Of a stretch of 64,000 bases of DNA, positions 32,341 through 43,303 are shown in pieces; position 1 is the stretch's first letter; each line of letters opens with the position of its first letter. Below the pieces are notes generated by a model, which worked only from the letters and a program-made list of their open reading frames with translations, searched no databases and had not been told where the DNA came from. This stretch comes from Pelagomonas calceolata (taxonomy: Eukaryota). The translations under genes and the position numbers were made by a program. The DNA is taken from positions 372,001 through 436,000 of the forward strand of contig CAKKNE010000004.1 of assembly GCA_918797485.1 (NCBI GenBank), given 5' to 3'.

Positions 32341-32546
32341 GACCCGTCCCTACTCGCGAGCTTTCATCGTGACCGAGGCGCGTCGATGGCGTGCTGGCGG
32401 GTACCGATGGCGTACTCCACCGCATCTGTACAACCACGCCATCGTCGCACGCCAGCCCGACGCGTCCGTGTCTCTCACTCTTCGACGGCGTCGCAACGGC
32501 ACGTCCACCTTGAGTCCTGGACGCCGTCGAGCCGACGCCGTCGCAG
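32341..32546. repeat. Interspersed repeat homologous to Mpv17 intron 1 (35514-35760)
   Basis: Shared GACCCGT.CC.ACTC.CGAGC.TTCATCGTG(A)CCGAGGCGCGTCGATGG.GT.CTGGCGGGTACCGA.GGCGTACTCCACCGCATC.GTACAA. Confidence 0.85.
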
Positions 32547-32630
32547 GAACCTTGTCTGTAGTTAATATTTTTTGTGTTACCACGCCGTCGCCCTGAGGCT
32601 TAGCAGAGGAATACCGGGGCACAGTGTTAG

Positions 32631-33993
32631 TTAGACGGGGAGGGCGGGCAGAAAAACGCGCGAGTCCTTCGGCGACGTCGGCGCCGGCCCCGGGACCAGG
32701 GACCGCAGCTGCGGCGCCGGCGCCGCCGCGACCAAAGATGAGACGGCCGTGTCGCGCGCGTCGTCTCTTCTAGAACCGCGCCGCCGCGCCGCCAGATCCA
32801 ACCACCGCCGCGCGGCTCGAGAATCGGGGCAGCGCCCGACGAGACCCTGTCCTGAAACGTGGGCCATGTTCACGCACGCCGCGGCGTCGCCGGCGATCGC
32901 CGCCCGCTCGCACCACGCCACCGCCGCGACGTCGTCCTTCAGCACGCCGCGGCCCCGCGCGTAGAGGACAGCTAAATCAAACATGGCGCGCGGCACGCCG
33001 CCCGTCGCCGCCGCGAGGTAGTAGCGCGCGGCTTTTGAATCGTCCCGCGCGACTCCAATCCCGCTCGCGAACATGATGCCCAGGTTGCAGCGGGCCTTGG
33101 CGTGGTTCTGGGAGGCGGCCTGCGTTGTTTCGTGGTGTTTTTGTGTTCGTGGTGCGATCGCGATGCTTTCTCGTGGCGATGGCGTGTGGGCTAGAAGTAC
33201 ACACAACGTCGACGCCATCGACGCGAATCAGAAGGACGCTGTCGAATACCTTCTCGAACCAGTGCAAGGCCCGGCCCGGGTCCCGCGCCACGCCGCGGCC
33301 CTCGGCGAAGCGGATGCCGAGCGAGAACTGCGCCTTCGCCGAGCCCTTCGCGGCCGCGTGTTGGAACCACTCGACGGCCTTTGTGGCATCGCGTTGAAGA
33401 CCGCGGCCCTCGTCCAACGAAATGGCGTAGGCGAACATGGCCTTGACGTGGCCGCCCTTCGCCGCCGCCTCGTACAAGGACGACGCCTTGGCGTCGTCGC
33501 GGCCCGCGCCCCGTCCCAGTTCGTAGGCCAGGCCGAGCTTGTACTGCACGCGGGCCACGTGCTTGCCCTCGGTCCGCGTGACGAGGAGCCGTTCGAGGCG
33601 CTTGACGTTCTCGGAGTGCGACGCCCTTAATGGTGCGCGGCAGGCGGGGCAGGCGCCCCAGCCGCGCTCTTTCAGGTCGCGGTCGGCGTCCGCGGCGCAT
33701 GCTCTACGGGCGAGCTGGGGTTTGCACTCGCCTGCGTTTTTTCACGTGTTTCGTGGCGACGGCGTGGATTGTGGACACCGCTCGCTACCGCAGAAGAAGG
33801 TGCCGCAGGCCGAGCACATGCCGCACGTCATGCCGCGCGCGGGGTCCTCGAAGTCGTCGGGCCGCGTGAGGCAGATCAAGCAGCGGTCGGCGGAGGAGGG
33901 GTACGGGCTCGGGTGCTGGTGCAGTGGTGCCGTTTGGCTCGACGGCTGGGCCGCGTTTGGCATCGGTTCCCGCGCTGCTCTGTCGGAAGGCAT
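32631..33993 (-). CDS. RING-like + Sel1-repeat protein; introns 33732-33788 and 33120-33249
   Basis: CLIC..CSAC..FFCGEC..CPACR; several SEL1 repeats; both GT-AG introns restore the frame. Confidence 0.8.
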
Positions 33994-34778
33994 CGATTGC
34001 GCTGCATGTGGCGACGCGTGATAGCTATTGCTGCGTGTCAACGTCGAGGAGGGGGCCGATGGTGTTCGCGTTGCAATCATACTGTCAGAATTGCATTCAT
34101 GCGCGCATTTGCAATGGTCCACTTCCAAATGCCGACGCGAGGCCCCTGAGCACCCGCGCAGTTCAAATTCTTGACCCGCTCTCTGGCATCGCCACGTATC
34201 CGTCGGGCGCCCGGAGACGTGCTGGAGCGAGCAGCGGTCGCGCCATCGCCATCGTGGGCCGCGACGCGCGCCGCGGCCGCCGAGGCGCGATCTACGCCGA
34301 AGTTCGTGACGCATCCCTCAGAAAGCGTGCCCTTGATGGCGGGCGACTCTCGTGCGGGCGTTGGCGGATCTGCGGATTGTGCTCCCAGCAATCTGCGATT
34401 TCCAGCGGCCATAGCTCGCACGCCCGCGCGCTTACGACCGAGAAAGATCGACGAGCAGTAGTCGAATAAAGCCTGTTCACTCACGCGTGCAGAAATCCGC
34501 CTCAAACTGAGAGCCCTGAGTTGAAATCTAACATGGCAGTCATCAATACGATGCCCTTGGACGAGCAAGCGCGCGGCCGAGCCCATTTTCATCAATATCG
34601 AGCGCCCGAGGACGGCTGTCTTCGCCGGCGTCGCCCCTAACATACCGCGTCGCAGGCCGCGCCGCTCGTCGCGAAGCCGACGTCGTCGCGGCGGTCGCGC
34701 TGCAAGGATGGACGGCGCTCCGCCCGCTGGGGATCCGCGCGTAAACACCGTTTGTCCGAATTCAGCCATTAAATATAC

Positions 34779-35853
34779 TTACTTCTTCCCAACACGCGAC
34801 TTCAACGAAAGAAAGATCGTCCAGACGAACGACGCGCAGTTGACAAATAAGGGAATGTACGCGATCGGGATGAAGGCGTAGCTGATCAGGTCGACGAAGG
34901 GCCAGAAGCCCGCTCCCGCAATTTGCACTTGCAATAGGTCGGCCTTGATCTTTGCTGGTAAAGTGGAGAGTCCTTCTCCTTGGGCGCAGGCCGCGGCAAA
35001 AAAGACGATGGTCACGAGCGGGCCGAAGAAAATTTGGCCCAACAAAGCCTTGGTCAGTATCTCCTTGAGGCCGTTCTTCGGGATGAGGCGCGTGATCTGC
35101 GCGTACCAGACGTGCGCCTGCGTTGTTTTTTTCGTGAGTTTTTTGTGTTGCTTCGACGGCGTCTCGGCGGCGCCACCTCGACGCCGTCGACGCGTTTTCC
35201 CACGCCGATCTCAGCACCGCCGGCGCGAAGTACAAACCACCAATCGCCGTCGTCGTCAGCAGCCGCGTCGCGTCGGGCTCCTTGACCCTTTCCAATTTCT
35301 GGGCGCAGGCGTCGCTCGCGCCGAAGATGACCGCGCTCGTCGCGGCTTTCGTGGCGAGCGGCGCCTTGTCCATGCAGCGCGCGTAGGTCTGCGCGGCGGC
35401 GCCGAGCGCGCCCGGGACGCGGAGCGCGTTGGTGGGGCGCGTCGCCTGTGTGGTGTTGTTGTTCTATTACGTCGCTCGGCCTTCACGCGGCGTCGATGGC
35501 GTACTCTCGTTCCGACCCGTTCCCACTCACGAGCCTTCATCGTGCCGAGGCGCGTCGATGGTGTACTGGCGGGTACCGACGGCGTACTCCACCGCATCAG
35601 TACAAGACCAGTTCGACGCGCATCAGTACCCCACCAGTACGCCAGCGCCGCACGTCAGCACGAAACGAGCGTGTCTCTCTCTCCCCGACGGCATCGCGAC
35701 GGTATGTCCGCCTCGCCATCGAGGCGACGCCGTCGAGTGTGAGTCGCCTCGACGCCATCGAACAGGCGTCGCGTCGAATGGCGTGTACAGGGCATGATTG
35801 ATTCGTGCGCTGCTTCGCGCGGCGAGGAGGAGCGCGGCGAGCTTGCGGCGCAT
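34779..35853 (-). CDS. Mpv17/PMP22 family membrane protein; introns 35446-35808 (probable GC donor) and 35118-35217
   Basis: PLATKAATSAVIFGASDACAQ, HVWY, GQIFFGP, FWPFVDLISY, WTIFLS; exon 1 is less certain. Confidence 0.85.
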
Positions 35854-36361
35854 TGTCGTTGCTGCTGTGTTGTTTACGCGACGCGTTCGTTGCACCGCTC
35901 GCCTTCGCGAGCTTGTTCAATTGCAGCACTCTGAGAGCACCAGCCAATAGTGGTCGCACGCGCGCGTGCGTTGCTACAGCTGCCCTGCAGCGTGTTTTGT
36001 GGCTTCAGTCGCGGTAAATTGCTGCTCTGGCCGCGCTTACAAGTCGCGGGAGCCTGTAATTGCGCAGTGCAGCAGGCGCATGCAGAGAGGCGGCTACCCC
36101 AAGACGCGCGGCCGCCGGGGACTCCCACGCATGTGGTATGGCCTCAGAGTCGTTCCAAGCGACTTGGATGGCTGCATTTGCTAGCGTTAGGCACTCTAGC
36201 CTCGATTTAGCCACGGGCTCGCCGCGACAAAAACGGGTCGGGACGCGCACCACACGTCCTCGCAGCAAGCTAGACGTCGCCTAGACGCCATCGCCGAGAC
36301 GCCGCCTTGACCGCACGCGCTCGCCGGGCTGTCCTCGTGCTAGCAAGGACCAAACCCAAAG

Positions 36362-36808
36362 ATGCTAGCTTTGCGTGCCGCGCGGGCCCTGCGGGGAGCC
36401 CGGCGCTTCTCCGACGCGAGCGGCGGCCTCCAGCTCTCCTTCGCGGCGCCCCACACGGTCTACTACTTCGAGACCAGTGTGGCCAGTGTAACTCTACCGG
36501 GCGCGTCCGGCGAGTACGGTGTGACGGCCGGCCACTCGCCCCTCGCCGAGCAGCTGAGACCTGGGGTTGTGGCCATCACCCACAAACAAGGCGAGGAGCC
36601 GGAGAAGTTCTTCGTGAGTGGCGGCTTCGCGTTCACCGACGCGGAGAAGACGGAAGTGTCCGCCCTGGAAGCCGTGAAGCTCGAGGACATCGACGAGGCC
36701 AAGGTGCGCGCCGAGTACGCCGCCGCCGCCAAAGGAGATGATGACGACTCGAAGGCGGCAGCCGACGCGGCGAAGGCGATGGCGGCGGCGATCGGGGTGA
36801 CGCTCTAG
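36362..36808 (+). CDS. ATP16: Mitochondrial F1 ATP synthase delta subunit
   Basis: Mitochondrial presequence; LPGASGEYGVTAGHSP..LRPGVV, KFFVSGGFA. Confidence 0.93.
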   Translation: MLALRAARALRGARRFSDASGGLQLSFAAPHTVYYFETSVASVTLPGASGEYGVTAGHSPLAEQLRPGVVAITHKQGEEPEKFFVSGGFAFTDAEKTEVSALEAVKLEDIDEAKVRAEYAAAAKGDDDDSKAAADAAKAMAAAIGVTL

Positions 36809-36906
36809 AGGATTCGTGCGCCTAAGACTAGTATATACTACGCTGCGATGGCGTCGTGCCCAACGTGTATGATTGCACAAAACACACTTACATCCTAGCC
36901 AGCCGC

Positions 36907-37449
36907 TCAATCGGCGAGGTCGGCGACGCACAAACCCACGTCCTCGAACATCGCCACGGCCTTGGCGTCGCCTTCCTTCGCCCGCTTCCGGCTCCTTCGG
37001 AAGGCCTCGCCGCTCCGATATTCCTCGCGGATTTGGCGCTCCTCGTCGCGGAGGCGCTTCCGGGTCGCCTCGCGGCGCTTCTCGTTCGCCTCGAAAACCG
37101 CATTCACCCGCAATGTTTCGGCCTGGGATTCGCGAATTAGCTTTTTCAGTTTTTTAAACGCCCTCGCTAGCGAGCTTTTTGTATCGATCTCTACGATGAG
37201 TCGCTCGCGCTCCTCGTACGTCAGTTTAGCAGCGCGAGGTAAATACTTCTGGATGCGCGCCCGAACCAGGGCCACGTCATCCGCGTCGAACGTCACCTTT
37301 TCGCCTGCCCACTTCGGGCTGTAGCCTGTGCATATCACGTGATACAGATCCCTAAAGACGGCCGCGAACCGCGCGAGCTGCTTGGCGTCTCTCGACGAAC
37401 CAGCGTGTTCGCCGTGGGCGAGGCCGTGGATGACCTGCAACAGAAGCAT
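36907..37449 (-). CDS. Hypothetical basic protein
   Basis: 180-aa ORF with plausible composition; true start uncertain. Confidence 0.5.
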   Translation of the reverse strand: MLLLQVIHGLAHGEHAGSSRDAKQLARFAAVFRDLYHVICTGYSPKWAGEKVTFDADDVALVRARIQKYLPRAAKLTYEERERLIVEIDTKSSLARAFKKLKKLIRESQAETLRVNAVFEANEKRREATRKRLRDEERQIREEYRSGEAFRRSRKRAKEGDAKAVAMFEDVGLCVADLAD

Positions 37450-37639
37450 GTCGAGCGCACCGATGCGCCGCCACTGGGTGAGCTTGCTTGTTTGACCAGG
37501 TAAAGTCGTCCTAGAAGGGAAGTGCGCACCACCGATCGCAATCGCGCTTGAGCGTGCCAGCGTAGAGGTGTCCGGTGACCGGCGCGACGCAGCTATTACA
37601 GCGTCCAGCGCCGCACAATGACTCGAGACTGTGACGTAG

Positions 37640-37661
37640 CTAGCTCTTGTAAGACACTAGC
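37640..37661 (+). promoter_or_regulatory. Bipartite CTAGC..ACACTAGC upstream motif
   Basis: CTAGCTCTTGTAAGACACTAGC. Confidence 0.6.
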
Positions 37662-37714
37662 AATTCACACAGTAGGCAGCTTATGCCGGAGGAGGGGGTC
37701 AGAGGGGAGCTCAC

Positions 37715-38384
37715 TCACTCCGCCCGGGGAGTGGGACACGGCGTGTCCTCGAACTCGTCGAGGCGCGCCTCGAGGCGGGCGAGGCACGGCTCGCAGACGC
37801 GGCCCGACGACCACTCCTCGTCGACGAGGCCCGCCTCGACGAAGACGTCGCGGCCGCGCGTCGTCGTGAGGGCGTCGCGGAGGCGCGGCGCGATGGCGCG
37901 GAGCTGGCCGCGGCGGCTCTGGACGTAGCACGCGTCGCAGACGAGCGCCTGACAGCCGCGCTTGCCGCGGCAGATGTCGGCGCGGTTCACGCCTGTACGC
38001 CATCGACGCGTCGGAGTCCGGTGTCGTGGCGCCTCGCGGCGATGGCGTGCCGGTGGGAAGCGCTACGTACGCGAGCGATACATGGTCCGGCGGCTTCCTG
38101 AAGGAGAAGTCGCCGTCAGGACGCCGAAAGGCACCGACGACGTCGTCGCCGCACTCGTCGCAGCGGCGGAGCGCGGGCGCGAGGCCGTAACGCATCCAGC
38201 CCGGCGGGACGGCCTTCTTGGGCGACTTCAGCGGCGGCAGCGCGAGCGGCGGGATGGCGTTGGCGGGCGCCCACTTGCGCTTGCTGCGCGAACCCGGAGG
38301 CGTGACGACCGGCGCCGGCGGCTGCGGAGCCTTGCGTTCGGGCGCGCCGAACATCGCGGTTAGCTGTGTTTGGCCGTCGAGCAT
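37715..38384 (-). CDS. Hypothetical Cys-motif (CxxC) protein; probable GC-AG intron 37993-38050
   Basis: CDEC, CDAC and CEPC motifs; only a phase-1 GCACG donor joins the two frames. Confidence 0.55.
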
Positions 38385-39322
38385 CGTCGCGTGGCGTGAA
38401 GGCGTCGAATGAGTGCGTCGCGTGGCCTGAACGCGTCGATTGAGTTCGTTCGTGTCGAAAACTTGCCCTGAGAGCGTGTTTTTTGCAAGGCTGCCAACTC
38501 CTCGCGCGCGTACTCGATCGCGTTGTAGTCTTCGCAACGCGGTAGACCCTTTACGAACTTGCTGTGGCTCAGTGCGTTCGCGATTTGAGTTCGCAGCGGC
38601 GGCGTGCTGGGTGACAATCCGGCCTTCTGACATGCCATCACAAACTCAAAGTCCGAGCCAGCAACGCGCTTGGAGAGGGTACGTGTTGTAACGGCGGCAG
38701 ACGGATGGCAGCGCCGTTCTCGCGCTGGCTTCCCGGCTTCTCGTCTGCTGTCGCGCGCGTGTGGGCTCTCAAAACGGCGGTTGGGCACGGGCGGCACCAG
38801 CGAGCCAAAAAAGACAAAAAAAAAGATCGACGTAGAAGAGATTCGAACTCTCGCGTGAGACTCTAACGTTTCAGAACAGAGCATAGAAATCCCGTTTTTT
38901 TGGGATCATTTCCTTAGCATTATTCTCCAGTCCTAGGTGGATGGGAAACACCTCGGGGTCGTTCGATTTAACCAAAGTTAACCACTCGGTCACTACGTCT
39001 TCATGTTTGTCTTCACCGATGCAAACATCGGCGGAACAAAACGAGAGATCGGTGAATTCTTCCCATATATTTTCGGGGTTGTAAAAACCCGTGTTCCAGT
39101 AGTTCACCCGCGGCGCCGCATCACGTCGGGTCAAAACGCAAAAACGCTGCCGGCTCATCCGAACGGGACCCAACCACACGGCACTCAAGACGCGGCTGCA
39201 AACCGAGCGCGTCTCCGCGGAGAAACAACCACAAGCACCCCCCCCCTGGAAAACGGCCGCGCTGTGCGTGTTGCTGGCCGGCGCGCGTACTCCTGGACGG
39301 GCCGGGGCTGCCCCCGCGCACC

Positions 39323-40651
39323 ATGACCCCCGCCCAACTCACCCCCAACCCATTACCGGACGAGGACGACGCCGAAACGCCTCAAACACCGCCCGCCAGC
39401 GACGCCGACGACGCGCCAACACCAAAAAGAGAAGACGAGGCGCCCGCGAAAGCGATCCGACGAGCGAAGCGTGCGTGACACGGCGTCCTTTTCAAGCGTC
39501 GCAGCGATGGCGTTCCGGTGCGAGAGAGATACAACATCGACGCGACCGTCGCTCGCAGGCTCCTACACGCCCCCGCCCAACAAACCCACGAGCGTCCACC
39601 TCTCCCCGACTGCCTCCTCCCGAAACCCAAAGACCATCGGCATGCCCAAGGCGCCCATCGAGTACGCCCACGAAATTAGACAATGCACGTTCTCGCCGCG
39701 CGTGCGTGAATCGGCGTCCTTTTTTGAGCGTCGCGTCGATAGCGTAACGTGACGCGACTCGCAGGTCAAAGGCGTCGCCGCGCACATGAAGCAGGCCCGG
39801 GCCTGGACGTCCGTGGAGGTGACGGAGCGTTTGGCCGCGCAGCCGCCGCCGCCGCCGCCACCGCCAAAGCCGAAGCAACAAACCATCGGCGGCCCCTCGA
39901 TCGACTTCCAGGAGTTCGTGAGAAGACAAGGGAGGGACTCGTCGCGGCGCGCGCGCAAGGCCGAGGCGCGGCAGAAGGAGACGCCGCGCGAGTGTTCCTT
40001 CAAGCCGAGGCTCTGCGAGAATTCCAAAAGAATGGCGCGCAACTCGAAGTTCGACGACCGCCAGAACCGCCTCGAAGCGCGCCGCCTCCAGCGCATGGCG
40101 AGCGGCGATAGAGAAAAGTTCTCGGGCCACCTCGAGTCGGACGCGAAGAACCCGCCCGACGCGCCGCGGCCGCGCGAGACGTTCCGGTGCGGGCCCAGCG
40201 TCCTTTTTTCAGCGTCGCGGCGATGGCGTACCGGTGGACGACACGCAGGCCCGAAGTCACGGCCAAGGCGAAAGCAAGGCCCGCGCGCACCGCCGACGCG
40301 CAATCGAGAATAGACGCCGCGCGGCGCCAGGCCGCGACGAAACGCGTCGAGGCGTCGCTCGCCGCTCGACGAGCACGGGAGGAAACGTTTAGGCCGCGCC
40401 TGAACCACCAGACGTCGCGGTCCTGGGAGGACGTCAAGCCGCGGTTGTTGGCGCCATCTCGCCGCGCGCGCGACGCGACGCGCGCCCCGAAGCGCGACGA
40501 CGATTTGGAGGCGTGCTCCTTCAGGCCGCACCTCGTCGCGCAGTGCCCCGCGTACATCCACGCCATGGCCGACGCGTCGCGGGCGTCCAAAAGGGCGGAG
40601 CCCGCGCCGCCGCCGCCGCCGAAGCCGATGTTCTTCCACGGCCGGGACTAA
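39323..40651 (+). CDS. Hypothetical protein with (C)(T/S)FxP repeats; introns 39471-39558, 39702-39764, 40187-40248
   Basis: Three related GT-AG introns give one continuous frame; CTFSPR, CSFKPR, TFRPE, TFRPR and CSFRPH repeats. Confidence 0.75.
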
Positions 40652-40809
40652 GTCGGTCTTCTTGTGATTATTGTGACGCGTCGACGGCGTATTGTACGCG
40701 TCTATGGCGTAGATGGCTGCGCGAGCGCGCCCGAAGTAGTCCCAGGCACCAAGGTGCGAGATTATTCTGCTCCGGGCCCCACGTTTATGCGAAGAAGAGC
40801 CAAACCGAG

Positions 40810-40832
40810 CTAGCGTATATCGACACACTAGC
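40810..40832 (+). promoter_or_regulatory. Bipartite CTAGC..ACACTAGC upstream motif
   Basis: CTAGCGTATATCGACACACTAGC. Confidence 0.55.
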
Positions 40833-41109
40833 AAATTTAACGATACGCCTCGATGGCCTCAAAAGAATGACCCAAATTCAGAATACATCCTAGTCGTTCG
40901 CCGAGACCAAATATTTCAGAGTAGCATCCCGGGAACATACCCTCGCACCTCCGGGAAGGCACCGCCCGCGACATTCACAGATGAGCCTTACGGCCCACCA
41001 AAGTAGACCAGCGATTGACGCCGCCATCTACCGTCCAGATAGTACATTATATCAACTCCAGCCCAGTTTTCATACACACTCGACGGAACCGGAGCCGACG
41101 GCCCGCGCT

Positions 41110-41740
41110 AAGTCGTACTTGGGGCGGCCGGAGACCGACTGGGTTCGGGATTGTGATGAACCTGCTTGGGTCCGGTTTACACTTAGCGAAACACCACGAG
41201 GACGCGTTGTCCGTGCAAGAGGCCCAATTGGCTACGATGCGGCGCCTTGGCGAGTCAGAGGGAAACATTCTCGCCGTGCAGACCAATCTTTCGTGCTCGT
41301 ATAGAATGCTTGGACGGGATGAAGAGGCCCTGTCGATGCGGCGAGATATATACTCCGGGCGTTTGAAGCTCGACGGCGAGCAAAATGAGAGAACCCTCAT
41401 TGCAGCCAAAAACTACGCAACGTCCCTTAAGGATCTATCGCGCTTCGAAGAAGCCAAGGCACTGTTACGCAAAGAGATTCCTGTGACGCGACGCGTTCTT
41501 GGAGAGAGTAATGATCTCACGCTCAAAATGCGGTGGGTTTACGCGGAGACGCTCGTCAAGGACCCCGCCGCCACGTTCGACGATCTTCACGAGGCTGTGA
41601 CGACGCTCGAGGACGCGGGACGGACCGCGCGGCGCGTGCTCGGTGGCGCACACCCGCTCACGGTCGAGATTGAGCGCGGATTACAAAAATCGCGAGCCGT
41701 CCTCCGCGCCCGCGAAACGCAGCCATCGGCGAGTGCGTAA
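41110..41740 (+). pseudogene. 5'-truncated, frameshifted RING-TPR family copy
   Basis: KSYLGRPETDWVR in one frame continues as GIVMNLLGSGLH in another (shift near 41148); no MYND/RING upstream; TPR part closely resembles 15493-16503. Confidence 0.7.
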
Positions 41741-41915
41741 TGGTAGGATAATAAAATGAATTGAGGGAGGCCTAAAATAAAACAGCAAGCAACAATACCC
41801 CGGCGACCGCCTCTCCTCCCACAATTGATGTCGCCGCGTCGGAGAGTGTGCAATACAGCGACGCTCTGAACGGGAGCCCCAACGCCCGCCGACGCGAAAA
41901 ATAAGAACACAAAGA

Positions 41916-42866
41916 TTACCGCCCCGCCACAATATCCTCGTACGTCACGTCGATCACCCCCTGGACCAGCGCCTTCCCCCGGCCGACGTCGCGGAATATT
42001 TTGGGCGAGATCTTGTTCGCTTCCAACACTTCCGCAATAACGTTGTAGTCCGGCCTGTCAGCACCCGAGGACCCGAGCGAGATGGCCGGCTCGTCGTCCC
42101 GATCCGACAGCGCGAAGATGCGCCAGCCAAACGGATAGGCCTTGAAGATCCTAACCTGCGTGCCCGTCACGACGAATTCTTGTAAAGAAAAGGTCTCCTC
42201 GAAACCTAATGAGTCCATGGAATTCGTGAAGGCCGCCTTGCCGCCGAGGAAGCCTCCGATACTACCAAGTAACCCTGTTTTTTTTGCGAGAAAATCTAAC
42301 GTGTCGTCGACGTCGCGGAATTGCGGGTTGAGCGTGAGCACGAGTCGCGGCCCGGCCGCGGCACAGACGTTTTCAATCGTCTTCTGGACTTCTGAACTAG
42401 GCTGGATGAAGAGCGACGCGTCGTTCCGCGCGGATTCGCCTTCGGCCACGAGTAGGGATTCGCCGTCCACTCCCGAGACGTCTAGTCGTTGTTCGCGCAA
42501 GGAAGGCTTATCGTCTCGCGCCTCGCCGATCTTCCTTAATAAGTCGCGCGCCAGCGGTCGGCACGCCCCGTAGAGCTGCATGATCCCGCCCGTCCACGTC
42601 TCGTCGGGCGGCACGAGCTCGCCATCTCGCCTCAGTAACGTTCTTAATTGCTGGCGCGTCACGCCGTCCTTTGAGGCGCGGAGGACGGCGTCCCTTGCTG
42701 CGAGGAGTTGCGCCTCGGCGTTCAGAGGGCACTTCGGCGGCTCCACTGCTTTTTCGGTGGTCTCGGGCTCGGCGACGGCGGTGTATATTCTGCTGCGCCG
42801 CGTCGGCGTCAATCGCGTCGACGGCGCGAGCGCTGCGGCCGATGCCAGCAGGGCTGCTGCATACAT
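41916..42866 (-). CDS. Plastid-targeted DUF1995-like protein
   Basis: Signal peptide plus AAAL-AP; DETWTGGIMQL, LTLNPQF, KAYPFGWRIF, RPDY. Confidence 0.75.
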   Translation of the reverse strand: MYAAALLASAAALAPSTRLTPTRRSRIYTAVAEPETTEKAVEPPKCPLNAEAQLLAARDAVLRASKDGVTRQQLRTLLRRDGELVPPDETWTGGIMQLYGACRPLARDLLRKIGEARDDKPSLREQRLDVSGVDGESLLVAEGESARNDASLFIQPSSEVQKTIENVCAAAGPRLVLTLNPQFRDVDDTLDFLAKKTGLLGSIGGFLGGKAAFTNSMDSLGFEETFSLQEFVVTGTQVRIFKAYPFGWRIFALSDRDDEPAISLGSSGADRPDYNVIAEVLEANKISPKIFRDVGRGKALVQGVIDVTYEDIVAGR

Positions 42867-43106
42867 GTGCATGCTGACTGTGGCTGATGCAAGTTGGACG
42901 GTTGTCCTTTGAAAGAACGATGAATGACTGATGTGCACGCTTGATTGCAGCGTCCGAGGTGCAGCTATGCGGGACCAGGCGAACTTGCAATCCACCAGCG
43001 CATCGAGGCTTTCCGAACTAGCCAAGCCAAGCGCACGTAGCACTCCGTTTTCGGGACAGACGCATGCAACGAAGACACATGAACAGCTGAGCTGACCTGG
43101 CTTGCG

Positions 43107-43128
43107 CTAGCGTCCTGTAAGACACTAG
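43107..43128 (+). promoter_or_regulatory. Bipartite CTAGC..ACACTAG upstream motif
   Basis: CTAGCGTCCTGTAAGACACTAG between divergent genes. Confidence 0.65.
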
Positions 43129-43303
43129 AGCAAGCCATAGGCGCCAGACTTTGCGGCGCTCGCGGCGGCAGAGCTCGTGATACGCTGGTTTACAGCAGAA
43201 TTGTTCGTCTAGCAGCAGTACTATACGACAGAGCTCAAGTCCCGTGCTCGCAACAGTACGCAACAGCAGTTTCAGTGAGAGCCCTCTCAAGAGGCAGAGG
43301 ACA

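Noticed and set aside
34077..34769. 230-aa minus-strand ORF between RING-Sel1 and Mpv17
   Set aside because: No recognisable domain, atypical composition, and it abuts the Mpv17 stop; cannot be supported as a gene
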